IMG/VR virus record: IMGVR_UViG_3300044518_000037
Location: 1-64,000 of that record
Length of the DNA stretch: 64,000 nt
Source: a virus
Taxonomy: Duplodnaviria > Caudoviricetes
Reading direction: 5' to 3' (one strand)
Under the pieces are notes generated by a model. It had not been told where the DNA came from. It ran no database searches and saw nothing but the letters and a program-made list of their open reading frames with translations. Below are positions 7,821 to 17,162 of this stretch, piece by piece. Numbering within the stretch: the stretch's first letter is position 1; each line of letters begins with the position of its first letter. The position numbers and the translations under genes are program-made.

Positions 7821-8564
7821 GTGGATTCCACAACACCGCCGGAGCCCGGACTGATCGAGCCCGAAGCCGTCGACCAGCCGGTGTACCACGCCGAGTTCTT
7901 CGACCCCGAGGGGCTCTCCATCGGCAGCATCAGGACCGAGAACAAGTTGCTGCTGCGCCACCTCGAAGGTACCTGGGTTCCCGCCGACGAGAGCACGATC
8001 TCCAGGCAGATCACCTCGTCGAACACGGACCACAAGCACCAGCTAGGGTTCGAGCACTTCACCCTGGTCTCGAAGCCGGACCGGCGCTCCCGGCGTGTCG
8101 GCTTCGTAGAGCACAACACCTCTGGCGGCGACCGCACGATCGGCACCGTCTTCTACGACACCGTCGACCAGAAGTACTGGGGCACCGTGTTCGAGACGGA
8201 GGGAACGCCGCCGAGGGAAAACCCGCAGCAGGTGCTGGCGGACATCGTGCGCCTGTACCTGCTCGGCCCGCTGGGTGAGAGTCACCCGACGGTCACAGCT
8301 GCCTACGGAGTGGCCCGATCGCGGCTGCACGACCGGGACAGCGCCATCGACCGCGTACCCGAGGGCAAGAACCCGAACCAGCAGAAGCGAGTGATCAAGA
8401 CCGAGGCCGCGTACGAAACGGCGCTGAGCATGCTCGCCTCGGTACTCGCCGCTGCCGGGTACGACGTGCTCGGCTATGGCGACATGCCCAGCCCGGAGCG
8501 CGCGGAGGAGCACCTGAGGCGCTGGATCGAGGCCCTGGAGCAGAAGGCGCCCCGCCGGGGCTGA
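7821..8564 (+). CDS. Hypothetical protein
   Basis: RBS AGGAGG, GTG start. Confidence 0.75.
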   Translation: MDSTTPPEPGLIEPEAVDQPVYHAEFFDPEGLSIGSIRTENKLLLRHLEGTWVPADESTISRQITSSNTDHKHQLGFEHFTLVSKPDRRSRRVGFVEHNTSGGDRTIGTVFYDTVDQKYWGTVFETEGTPPRENPQQVLADIVRLYLLGPLGESHPTVTAAYGVARSRLHDRDSAIDRVPEGKNPNQQKRVIKTEAAYETALSMLASVLAAAGYDVLGYGDMPSPERAEEHLRRWIEALEQKAPRRG

Positions 8565-8686
8565 TCAAAAAATGTCCGGGCGGGGCACCCGGACGGTCGG
8601 CTGTGGGGCGAATTTCTGGGTGGTTCACTGAGCGGGCGCCCTCCACTTCGGGGCGCCCGCTCCTGTCCTATGGGAGGATCCGCGTC

Positions 8687-8971
8687 TTGGCAACGAGGAC
8701 AAGTAGCCCGCTGAAGCTCAACCAGCTGCGGGTGGGGAGTCGAGTTCAGTTCGTCGACTCCATGGAAGAGGGCGGAATGCGCCCGCTGCCGACGCCGACA
8801 ATCCGGCGGGGGATCGTGGATGCGATCACCGGCGGGATGGTCTATGTCCAGGTAAAAGCAAGCGGCCCTGCGCGGAGCAATTTGACTGGTGGATTCTTGC
8901 ACGGGTTCACCGACGTACAGGTCAACGAAGGAATTCTTCACCGCGTCCCGGGTCGCCGGAACCGAATTTGA
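8687..8971 (+). CDS. Hypothetical SH3-like protein
   Basis: RBS GGGAGG with TTG; LRVGSRVQF..GIVDAI..VYV. Confidence 0.6.
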   Translation: MATRTSSPLKLNQLRVGSRVQFVDSMEEGGMRPLPTPTIRRGIVDAITGGMVYVQVKASGPARSNLTGGFLHGFTDVQVNEGILHRVPGRRNRI

Positions 8972-8979
8972 GGAGAGAC

Positions 8980-9459
8980 ATGACTGAGAACGCACCCAAG
9001 ACCGTCCTGCAACAGGTGAAGGACGCCATCGCCGAGCGTGACGCCGGACATGCGCTGTGCGAGGACGAGGACGGCTACGTGATCCCCTCCGAGCAGGACG
9101 AGTTCGACAAGGTCACTGCGGAATTTGAGTCCGAGATCAGCCAACTCATCGACGGCCTGGTGGACGAGATCGAGAACCCGCGTGTCTTCACGGTGATCGT
9201 AAAAGCCGATGCGGACGACACCCCGAACCACCTGTTCTGCGTCACTGTGGCCGCCAACACCACCGACAAGGCGCAGGAGGCCGCGATTGACAGCGCCAGC
9301 AAGTCCTTCATGGAGCGCCAGGGGTGGGACGAGGAGAAGATCACGGCGATGGAGTGGGGCGCCAACCTGCGGTTCACCGCCGAGGGCATCTTCGTGGGTC
9401 ACCCGCTGCGCTCGCCTGAGACCACCACCGAAATCGATCTGACCGATGAGGAGAACTGA
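8980..9459 (+). CDS. Hypothetical acidic protein
   Basis: RBS AGGAG, ATG at 8980. Confidence 0.75.
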   Translation: MTENAPKTVLQQVKDAIAERDAGHALCEDEDGYVIPSEQDEFDKVTAEFESEISQLIDGLVDEIENPRVFTVIVKADADDTPNHLFCVTVAANTTDKAQEAAIDSASKSFMERQGWDEEKITAMEWGANLRFTAEGIFVGHPLRSPETTTEIDLTDEEN

Positions 9460-9461
9460 CC

Positions 9462-9725
9462 ATGACACAGCTGAAGTGCAAACAACCCGACTGTCCTGGT
9501 GGAATCGAGCTGACGACAACCTCACGCTGGAAGATCACCGACCAGCTGTTCCCGGAGATCTACTCCGTCGCCAACGCTGAGGACTCGGAGGACGTCGACA
9601 TCCGCTGTACCAAGTGCGGCAAGAGCGTCCCTGAGAGCACCCGCAAACAGATCGCCCAACTCCTTCACGTCCAGGCCCACTACTACATGGAACGACAGGT
9701 TGAGAACGAGGACGGAGACGCATGA
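9462..9725 (+). CDS. Small zinc-ribbon protein
   Basis: CKQPDC and CTKC pairs. Confidence 0.7.
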   Translation: MTQLKCKQPDCPGGIELTTTSRWKITDQLFPEIYSVANAEDSEDVDIRCTKCGKSVPESTRKQIAQLLHVQAHYYMERQVENEDGDA

Positions 9726-10318
9726 TGCGCAGCGACAAGGCGCTGGCGGCAAGGATCGAGGACTGGAAGACGATAGGCACGCGGCCGATCAAGACGCGGG
9801 GCGTTCACCCGACCAAGACCGGAAAGTGGATCGCGACCTATGACGAAGTGGGCGGGCGGGTGGTGGGGCTCGTTGTTGAGTCCCGTACTCCGCAGGCGCC
9901 CACCGGGGTCGCGATGCTGGTCATAGCGAAGGACGGGAAGGTCGCCAAGCGTCAGATCTCGCGCTACGAGGCGGACGACACCTTCTACACCGCGAAGGCC
10001 ACGGAGTTGGAGGCCGGCCACCGCAAGGCCATTCGGTCGCTGGCTGCCGGCCTCGAATCGCAGCCCACCGAACCGGGCAACGCGCCCATGCGTAAGGGGA
10101 ACTACGACTACTTCAAGTCGCCGACCCCGGACGACCTGAAGGCGTGGATCGGCACCGAAGTCACCGCCTGGTGCCTGACGGACGGGACACCGGGACTGCT
10201 GACCAAGGTCACCGCTACCCACGCCGTGATCTGGCAGCCATATTGGAAGGCCAACCGGGAGATCACACTCGAAGGCACGACCTACCAGCGCGCCGTCCAG
10301 GGGCAGGTCGAGCTCTGA
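9722..10318 (+). CDS. Hypothetical protein
   Basis: ATGA overlap; codon bias. Confidence 0.75.
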   Translation: MMRSDKALAARIEDWKTIGTRPIKTRGVHPTKTGKWIATYDEVGGRVVGLVVESRTPQAPTGVAMLVIAKDGKVAKRQISRYEADDTFYTAKATELEAGHRKAIRSLAAGLESQPTEPGNAPMRKGNYDYFKSPTPDDLKAWIGTEVTAWCLTDGTPGLLTKVTATHAVIWQPYWKANREITLEGTTYQRAVQGQVEL

Positions 10319-10593
10319 TGGCGTACCAGAAGGTGTACGTGGCCGTGCAGGGCGTTGTCGAGGTGGTGGTGGAGGTCGATGACGGTCTGAGCCGCCGCGA
10401 GCAGTACCTTCAGGCGTTCTCCCTCGGCGCGGAAGCCGCCGAGCGCGGTCAAGGAACCACCGACCCGCAGTCGTACCGGTACACGCCGACCAGGGTGTGT
10501 GACGCGACCGAGGAAGAGGCGCTGCGGTGGCGCGCCAGCCGCGACGGGCGTCGTAGGTCGGCCCGAGCGGGCAAGCTAAACCCGCCGCAGTAA
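10318..10593 (+). CDS. Hypothetical protein
   Basis: TGATG overlap at 10318. Confidence 0.65.
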   Translation: MAYQKVYVAVQGVVEVVVEVDDGLSRREQYLQAFSLGAEAAERGQGTTDPQSYRYTPTRVCDATEEEALRWRASRDGRRRSARAGKLNPPQ

Positions 10594-10610
10594 CAGCACA
10601 ACTCACAAGC

Positions 10611-10639
10611 AAGGGCAGCCACTTGGCTGCCCTTTTGTG
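10611..10639 (+). terminator. Intrinsic terminator-like hairpin
   Basis: AAGGGCAGCC-ACTT-GGCTGCCCTT-TTGTG. Confidence 0.65.
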
Positions 10640-10654
10640 CTCCTAGGAGGAATC

Positions 10655-11239
10655 GTGCGCAGTTACAGTTTCCTGCTCGACTACCCGACCGGCACGCGGG
10701 AGGGGTTGATCGACGAGACGTTCCCCGAGCGGCGCCCCAAGCAGGTCATCATCGTCGCCGACGGCGAAGGCCAGGAGGAGGCCGAGGCGCGTGCCCGGCA
10801 GGCGGCGTGGCTCGGCGAGCGCAAGGCTGTCCGCTTGCAGGGTGTTATCGGCGAGGGGGATGTCCCCGGCGGCTTCCGAGGCCCCTTCACCGACATCCGG
10901 GGCAAGGAGATGTTCCCCAGCGTCGCGGACGCCCGGCTTCAGTCGCTGCCGAGCCGCTTCCGGCTCCTGGAGCGGCTCAACTTCCACTCGAAGAACCCGT
11001 TCGGCGACATCTACACACCGGTCTCGGTCGGCCCCGCCGTGAAGCCGCTGTGGGAGATCTACTACGCCGGCCGCTTCGAGTGGCAGGTCTTCGCGTACGG
11101 CCAGGAGTCCCGCAGCCGCGAGGAGGCCATAGAGATCGTCAAGGGTCTCGACAAGCTCCGCGTCCTGCTCATGTGGATGGCCGGCTCGCTGACCTCGCAC
11201 GAGCGTGACGAGCTGCGCCGCATCCAGAAGCAGCTGTGA
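10655..11239 (+). CDS. Hypothetical protein
   Basis: RBS AGGAGG, GTG at 10655. Confidence 0.75.
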   Translation: MRSYSFLLDYPTGTREGLIDETFPERRPKQVIIVADGEGQEEAEARARQAAWLGERKAVRLQGVIGEGDVPGGFRGPFTDIRGKEMFPSVADARLQSLPSRFRLLERLNFHSKNPFGDIYTPVSVGPAVKPLWEIYYAGRFEWQVFAYGQESRSREEAIEIVKGLDKLRVLLMWMAGSLTSHERDELRRIQKQL

Positions 11240-11342
11240 CCTGACGTGATTCCACGGCGCTCGGAGCCCTACGAGGGGGCCGGGCGCCGGCGTGTCCGGA
11301 GGTCAAGGACAACACCAAAACTTCAGCCTTAGGAATAGCCCC

Positions 11343-11741
11343 ATGGCGTACCACAAGACCCCCAAGCCAGCTGGCGAGTTCTTCCAGTTCGGTGCCCTGT
11401 GTTTCGATGTCGACAAGGCCCGGCAGATTATCGTCCGCAAGCCGCGCGAGACGGTTGTGCAGCTCGTGGCGGAGTGGGCGGCGGCCTACCACACCAAGAG
11501 CCTGCTGCCCGACGCCGAGCCGGACTACCGAGTCCTCCCGCTTGGCCCGGACCAGCGCACGTTCAACCGCGCGTACGCCATCACGACCGATCTGGAAGAG
11601 CCCGTCATCATCGCCACCCACGAGAAGCAACTCCTCCTGATCGATGGCTGCCACCGGCTCTACAAGCACTACGTCGGCGGCAGCATCACCATGTCGGCCT
11701 TCGTCCTTACCGAGGCCGAGACCAAGAGCATCCGCGTCTAA
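11343..11741 (+). CDS. ParB/Sulfiredoxin-like domain protein
   Basis: EPVII...LLLIDGCHRL matches the ParB-N 'I.DG.HR' motif. Confidence 0.55.
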   Translation: MAYHKTPKPAGEFFQFGALCFDVDKARQIIVRKPRETVVQLVAEWAAAYHTKSLLPDAEPDYRVLPLGPDQRTFNRAYAITTDLEEPVIIATHEKQLLLIDGCHRLYKHYVGGSITMSAFVLTEAETKSIRV

Positions 11742-11850
11742 GAGCGAGAACCAAGGACGTGTTTAACGCCGCCAGGCCAAAAACGCAACCGGCCTCCCAG
11801 CGTCAGACCCGCCTGGCAAACTCGGACCATCCCGCTACGGAAGGACCAGC

Positions 11851-12198
11851 ATGACTCTCAACAACACACGCGCCACCATCGACATCACCCCTGAGGCCAA
11901 CACTGAGTACCCACTTACCGATGCGTGGTACGCCGGCCACGTCCGGATGTCCACGATCACGGACGAGAACTGGCGCGAGCTCCTGCGCCGCGTTCGGCAG
12001 ATTGAGGAGGTCATGGGCCGCATGCTCAAGGGCTCCAACGGCGAGGCGATCTCTCTCGCCACCGAGGAAGTCGCCCGGCGCCACATCGGCCAGCGGATGG
12101 GCTGGGGCGACTACTCGGCCGCCGAGTTCGACGCCCACATGGGCAACGTGCTCGCGCGCCGCTCCCACGACGGCACGTGGCCCGTGAAGGAGGGTTGA
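11851..12198 (+). CDS. Hypothetical protein
   Basis: RBS GAAGGA; codon bias. Confidence 0.75.
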   Translation: MTLNNTRATIDITPEANTEYPLTDAWYAGHVRMSTITDENWRELLRRVRQIEEVMGRMLKGSNGEAISLATEEVARRHIGQRMGWGDYSAAEFDAHMGNVLARRSHDGTWPVKEG

Positions 12199-12347
12199 TG
12201 GTACAGACCATGACCCCGAAGTTCGCCGAGGTCACCTACGAATGCCCCAAGGGCCGCAAGCACACCGAGGGCTACGACGGCAGCTCGATCGAGCCCGACC
12301 GCGTCTCCATCGACGAGTATGTGGAGTGCCCCGATTGCAAGGGCTAA
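12198..12347 (+). CDS. 49-aa zinc-ribbon-like protein (absent from the ORF track)
   Basis: MVQTMTPKFAEVTYECPKGRKH...ECPDCKG*; TGATG overlap; RBS AAGGAGG. Confidence 0.65.
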   Translation: MVQTMTPKFAEVTYECPKGRKHTEGYDGSSIEPDRVSIDEYVECPDCKG

Positions 12348-12426
12348 GCCGAGCCTGACGAGTCCGGCGGCGCACCGAGTACCAGGCGGCGCGCCGCTGC
12401 CGGCGCGGGCCGAGCAGAATGTGGCC

Positions 12427-12738
12427 ATGAGCCGATGGACAGAAACACCGAAGGTCTTCTACCGGGACAAGGATGGTGAAGAGCGCCAGCTGCGCGACAC
12501 GCAGGCGGCGAAACTCAACGCCATCGCCGACTCTCGCACCCCTGTCGGCCGGTTCCAGCAGCGTTCCTGGAAGGTCAACGATGTCCGCGCGTTGGAAGAC
12601 CGGGGGCTGATCATCGTGACCTGGCTGGAGGACGGTGACAACAACCGCGAGGGTGCATGGCGCATTGAGGGCCTAACCGAGCTCGGTGACGAGACCGTAG
12701 CCAAGTTCAACATCAAGTACGGGACCAGTGGACAGTGA
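12427..12738 (+). CDS. Hypothetical winged-helix-like protein
   Basis: VRALEDRGLI..GAWRIEGLTELG resembles a wHTH wing. Confidence 0.6.
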   Translation: MSRWTETPKVFYRDKDGEERQLRDTQAAKLNAIADSRTPVGRFQQRSWKVNDVRALEDRGLIIVTWLEDGDNNREGAWRIEGLTELGDETVAKFNIKYGTSGQ

Positions 12739-12805
12739 GCACGAAGGCCCCTCTTCTGGCGCGCGCTCCGCAACGCCACGACCCGCTTCATAGGAGAACA
12801 CGTAA

Positions 12806-13501
12806 GTGACTGCCGCCCCGAGTGTGGCCGACCACGTTGAGGAACTGCTGTTCCACTACCTGGCCTCCCAGGAAATCGATCTCAACCTGGCCGCGAGCTA
12901 CAGCATGGTCGCCGACCTTGGCGTCCTGCGCTACGACCCGGACGAGGAAGAGGATGAGGACAAGGCGATCGTCTTTGACTTCTTCGAGATCTTCGACTGC
13001 GTGGTCACCGACTCGCTCGCTCAGCCCGGAACGCCGCGAGCGGCCGTCGCGGCGCTTACCGAGATCTTGGCCCACGCCTGGACTCCCAAGGGGATCCGCA
13101 GCATCGTCCACAAGCTTGTGGTGCGCATCGCCCAGGACGACGACCTGTTCGCTCGTCTCCAGGTCGGCAACGCCGAGCAGAAGGAGCACCGGCGCCGAGG
13201 TCCCAAGGAGAACCGTCGGAAGCCCGAGATGATCGACCACGACCCGATCTTCCTGGAGCTGCTATCCAACTTGCAGCGCTGGGGAGCGATCTCCGGGTGG
13301 CGGTTCGAACACATCACCGGGCAGGGGGACGTTCTGATCTACACGATCGTCTACAGCGACACCGAGTTCACCATCCAGCCGGAGGACGTTGAGTCTACGA
13401 TCTGCGCTATCTACGAGGGCTGGCTAGCCGGTCGGGAGCGCTTCGGGGTGGAGCTGACGGACGAGGAGCGCGACGCCATCAAGCGGCGCCAGGCCGACTA
13501 G
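12806..13501 (+). CDS. Hypothetical protein
   Basis: RBS AGGAG, GTG start. Confidence 0.75.
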   Translation: MTAAPSVADHVEELLFHYLASQEIDLNLAASYSMVADLGVLRYDPDEEEDEDKAIVFDFFEIFDCVVTDSLAQPGTPRAAVAALTEILAHAWTPKGIRSIVHKLVVRIAQDDDLFARLQVGNAEQKEHRRRGPKENRRKPEMIDHDPIFLELLSNLQRWGAISGWRFEHITGQGDVLIYTIVYSDTEFTIQPEDVESTICAIYEGWLAGRERFGVELTDEERDAIKRRQAD

Positions 13502-13515
13502 TAGCACCCGACCCC

Positions 13516-13552
13516 GAAGCCCCTGCGTTCGAGCCGAGCGCAGGGGCTTTTC
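13516..13552 (+). terminator. Intrinsic terminator-like hairpin
   Basis: AAGCCCCTGCG...CGCAGGGGCTT-TT. Confidence 0.65.
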
Positions 13553-13588
13553 CCATAATCAGACACTCATTAAACGGGAGAAAATTCA

Positions 13589-14305
13589 ATGGCTCAGCGT
13601 GTGCAGGTCATTCTTGAGGACGACCTCGACGGCGGAACGGCAGACGAGACCGTAACATTCGCCCTCGACGGCGTGGCCTACGAGATCGACCTGAAATCAG
13701 GGAACGCGGAAAAGCTGCGCGCCCTGTTCACCCCCTACGTTGAGAAGGGGCGCAGGACCACAAAGCGGGGCGCATCGTCGCAGCGAACTCCTCGATCGTC
13801 GGCGCCGGCGCGGAACGGTCACGCCAAGGTCGTGCGCGCCTGGGCGAAGGCCGAGGGTCTCTCCGTTGAAGGCCGTGGCCGCGTTCCTGCTCCGATTGTG
13901 GAGGCGTTCGAGGCTGACCAGCTCGGCGATAGGTCACTCCTGGAGAATCTCAAGAAGATGCCCCTCTACTCGGACGCGGCGCTGGAGGCCGGCCAGGACG
14001 AGGAGGACCCTGGGGCGCCCACGGCCCAGCCCGAGGACGGCGCTGCGCGGCCTGCGACCGTGGAGATCACGGAGGACGACCGGATCAAGGCTGCACAGGT
14101 TTTCAGCAGCAACCCGGCTTCCGAGGCTGGGATCGGGCACCTGCGGGCCGCCCGCGACAACGGGGGTGTGTTCGTGCGGAAGGGCTCGGCGGCTCCCGGG
14201 ATTATCAAGGGGCTCTCGGCCCGGGAGCTCGGTAGCGAGGACCGGCAGCGCATCACGGGGGTCGGCTACGCCTACCTGGAACTGGTTGAGCAGGCTGCTG
14301 GCTGA
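13589..14305 (+). CDS. lsr2: Lsr2-family nucleoid-associated protein with C-terminal extension
   Basis: MAQRVQVILEDDLDGGTADETVTFALDGVAYEIDL (dimerisation domain); VRAWAKAEG..GRGRVP (DNA-binding RGR). Confidence 0.92.
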   Translation: MAQRVQVILEDDLDGGTADETVTFALDGVAYEIDLKSGNAEKLRALFTPYVEKGRRTTKRGASSQRTPRSSAPARNGHAKVVRAWAKAEGLSVEGRGRVPAPIVEAFEADQLGDRSLLENLKKMPLYSDAALEAGQDEEDPGAPTAQPEDGAARPATVEITEDDRIKAAQVFSSNPASEAGIGHLRAARDNGGVFVRKGSAAPGIIKGLSARELGSEDRQRITGVGYAYLELVEQAAG

Positions 14306-14326
14306 GTGGCCTGAGGGCCCCGCTGG

Positions 14327-14926
14327 TCAGATAGCTGGCGGGGCCGAAGGCTTGTACTTGTCGCGGAGCTCCAGGGCGGCCAAGCCAACTCCGGTGATCT
14401 CGCGCCCCTCGGCGAGGCCCTTGCGCCGCAGACTCCTGAGGCTCGCCTCTGTGCCGGGCGACGGGTCAGGGGGGAACTGTCCGCCGTTCTTCGTTGCCAG
14501 GACCAAGTTCTCGAAGGCAGTGTCCGAAAGGGTCTTGTAGTACAGCCGCGCGGTGTCGCGGTCCTGCTGAGTGATCTGTTGCTGATCACTCTGGTCGTCG
14601 GGTAGTTCACCGCTCAGGAACTCATCCTCGAACTGTCGGGATACCTCCGACGGAACTCTGCCGTACTTGGGTACCTGAATCCCTTTGTCCCGGGCCCACC
14701 TGCGAATAGTTTTCGCGTCCACCTGCGTGGTCTGGTGCGTAATTCCGGCGGCAGGTGTGATATCCCTGGCGGCTTGCAGGAAAGGCTCTAGCGCCTCCAG
14801 GAGCCGTTCCAGCCCTACCTTGTTCTCAGGATCCAGATCGATTTCGTAGAGCCTGCCGGCGAGTGGGAACTCAACTCGTTCGGCGCCGAGCTTGCCGTTC
14901 AGGTCGTCAATCAAGGCAATCGCCAT
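14327..14926 (-). CDS. lsr2: Second Lsr2-like protein with the same C-terminal extension
   Basis: LIDDLNG..VEFPLAGRLYEIDL; IRRWARDKGIQVPKYGRVP; RBS GGAG, ATG at 14926. Confidence 0.8.
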   Translation of the reverse strand: MAIALIDDLNGKLGAERVEFPLAGRLYEIDLDPENKVGLERLLEALEPFLQAARDITPAAGITHQTTQVDAKTIRRWARDKGIQVPKYGRVPSEVSRQFEDEFLSGELPDDQSDQQQITQQDRDTARLYYKTLSDTAFENLVLATKNGGQFPPDPSPGTEASLRSLRRKGLAEGREITGVGLAALELRDKYKPSAPPAI

Positions 14927-15282
14927 GAGCTTCTCCGATCCGGGTCCGTCGGTTCCAGGCATGGTAGCCGAGCGCGTGGCGCGCCTTCGGGCATCCCTAC
15001 TGCTCGGTACGTCGAACGGCCCTGCTCTGAAGCAGGGAGGCGAGCATGGCATGGACGCGCCTTATTGGCATGGACACACTGTGGCTTCAAGTAGTGAGCA
15101 GTCGTTACCGCAGGTGAAAGGGGGTGTGCAGCGTCCGAGGCTCGCAGTAGGCTCGTCATCTCTGAGCCAATCGGGTGAATCGAGACAGACCCTAAGTTGG
15201 TTATCGTTTTTTGACCTTTCAGACCAGTTTGGGATGTATGGTCCTCGCAGCAACGATCTTCCAGCTAGGGGGAACGAGACCT

Positions 15283-15672
15283 GTGTCATCCCTGTCTGCA
15301 TCCGAGAGGGCCGCTCGCGCCTTCGCACGCAACAACCCCGCCTTCGCCTCCTGCCGCCGAGAGAGGCGACACTGGTTCCCCGACGACAGCGCCACCGCCG
15401 TGAACCTGCCCAAAGAGGAAGGGCGCGGCTGGCTGGTCACCCAAGAGTGCGTGCGCTGCGGGACCTTCCGCGACCAGAAGTGGGACCTGTTCGGGCGGCG
15501 CATCAGCAACCTCATCTACCGCCACCCCGAGGGATACCGCGAGGAGTTCCACGTGCTGGCCGGCGACGAGGACGCCACGGCCGCACTGAACAAGATCTGG
15601 ATCAAGAGCCTGACCAAGGGCCGCTCGGTGGCAACGGTCCACCAGCTCCCCGTGACTAAGGTCGCCTCTTGA
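15283..15672 (+). CDS. Hypothetical zinc-binding phage protein
   Basis: CRRERRHW...CVRCG; RBS AGGGGG with GTG. Confidence 0.7.
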   Translation: MSSLSASERAARAFARNNPAFASCRRERRHWFPDDSATAVNLPKEEGRGWLVTQECVRCGTFRDQKWDLFGRRISNLIYRHPEGYREEFHVLAGDEDATAALNKIWIKSLTKGRSVATVHQLPVTKVAS

Positions 15673-16604
15673 GTCGGTACATGATCCCCACGTGCAAGTT
15701 CTGCCGCACCCAGGGCAACCCGAGGTACCCTGCCACGTCCCACCACACGTTCTCGCACAACGGCGGACCGCATAAGTCCGTTGATCTTTGTGAGCCGCAC
15801 GAGGGGTTCGTCATCGGGTTGATCATGGGCCTCCTCGAAGACGAAGAGGATGAGCCTGAGATCCTCAATCCTGCTGGCCCGGTGCCTCTGGTCATTCGGG
15901 AGGCGATGAAGTCGCCTACTGCCGCCGTGGCCGCTAGGCCGCCCGAGCCGCAGCCGACCCTCCCGCTCGAAGAGCTCGCGGCCCCGACTGAAGATGCGCC
16001 GGCGGACTCGGGCCGCCTCCACATCCTCTGCCGGGACTGTGATCCGGAAGCGAAGGTCGAATACGCGCGCCGAAACGATCACGCGCGCAGGCACAACAAG
16101 CCTGCCGCGCAGATCCTCTGGACGCTTCCGGACGGCAGACCGCTGCCGTTCCCGTGCACGGAGCACGCGGAGTGCGAGGAAGTCGGCTTCGGCTACTCGA
16201 CGGAGCGCGGACTGGACAACCACCTCAAGGGCTTCGCGCCACCAGCCGGCGGAAAGCCGAAGCTGGGCAAGAAGAGCCCTGTGGTGGGCCACAAGAAGAA
16301 GGACGTCCCCCAGGTCGTCTGCCCCGAGGAACATCGGAAGGGCGCGCCGGAGCCGTATTGGGTCGATGTGGCCAACAGGCAGGGGCACGCTCAGGGCACC
16401 CACGGAGTCGACGCACCGTACATCGCCTGGGGAAACCCGGACGCTGTCGACCTTCGGTTTCCCTGTACGGAGCACAAGTCCTGCGTGGACGCTGGCGGCT
16501 ACGCGTTTATCTCCGCGCAGTCTCTCCTGGTGCACGGCAATAAAAGTCGCCACTGGGAAAAGGTGGAACCGATCCAAGAGCCGGCAGCCGCAGAAGCTGC
16601 CTGA
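15669..16604 (+). CDS. Multi-zinc-finger protein with internal tandem duplication
   Basis: N-terminal CKFC..H..DLCEPH; two repeats C..R..H..H..I.W..L.FPCTEH..C..G..L..H. Confidence 0.75.
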   Translation: MSRYMIPTCKFCRTQGNPRYPATSHHTFSHNGGPHKSVDLCEPHEGFVIGLIMGLLEDEEDEPEILNPAGPVPLVIREAMKSPTAAVAARPPEPQPTLPLEELAAPTEDAPADSGRLHILCRDCDPEAKVEYARRNDHARRHNKPAAQILWTLPDGRPLPFPCTEHAECEEVGFGYSTERGLDNHLKGFAPPAGGKPKLGKKSPVVGHKKKDVPQVVCPEEHRKGAPEPYWVDVANRQGHAQGTHGVDAPYIAWGNPDAVDLRFPCTEHKSCVDAGGYAFISAQSLLVHGNKSRHWEKVEPIQEPAAAEAA

Positions 16605-16610
16605 AGCACG

Positions 16611-16650
16611 AGAGCCCCAGCTGGTAGCCGCTCACCAGCCGGGGCTCTTG
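16611..16650 (+). terminator. Terminator-like hairpin
   Basis: AGAGCCCC-AGCTGGT..ACCAGCC-GGGGCTCT. Confidence 0.55.
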
Positions 16651-16800
16651 CGCACACCTGCACTAGCTCGCTGATTGCGAGCTGTTGCAGCAAGGGACCC
16701 CAAAGTCACCGTCTGGGTGGGCGTGTTTAAGGTGTAGGAATTCCGCCGATGGACCGTTCGGGCGGTATGAATTATCTGATCTGTCATTGCTTGTGGCGGT

Positions 16801-17037
16801 ATGTCTAGTTTGGGCGCTATGGGAAACATAGCTGACCAGGCAGCAGCCGGTTCCTTCACGCAAGCATCGCGCCCACCTGACACACCCCGTGCCGATGGAG
16901 AGTCACCTCGGCCTGACCGACGTGACGTCGAGATGATCTGGACCGTCGTAGATGAACCGTCGACCCCCAGGCACCGGCGACTGCTAGAGATCCTCTTCGC
17001 GACCGGTGGAGAGGCGTACGATGAAGCGATCACCTGA
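16801..17037 (+). CDS. Small protein upstream of integrase (candidate RDF or regulator); start uncertain
   Basis: Position directly before the recombinase; no recognisable domain. Confidence 0.4.
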   Translation: MSSLGAMGNIADQAAAGSFTQASRPPDTPRADGESPRPDRRDVEMIWTVVDEPSTPRHRRLLEILFATGGEAYDEAIT

Positions 17038-17162
17038 GTAACACTCAAGTGCCCTTGCTGGGCGCGTGGTTGTGACCAGGCCGCAGAACGTACAGATGAC
17101 CCCCGGGGCGACGCTTGGCCGGCTCCCGTCCCGGGGGTCTCGCCAGTCGTTAGGGGACTGAC

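Noticed and set aside
11755-11840. Twister-like TAA-CGCCGCC start
   Set aside because: Could not assemble the two pseudoknots or the 3' conserved GAGGG-type strand.
12355-12420. Second hammerhead at CTGACGA-GTCC
   Set aside because: The following helix is not followed by GAAA, and no stem III/UH site could be built.
13520-13545. Third T-loop-like word GTTCGAGCC
   Set aside because: The flanks do not form a 5-bp T stem and there is no acceptor stem; it is the loop of a terminator hairpin.
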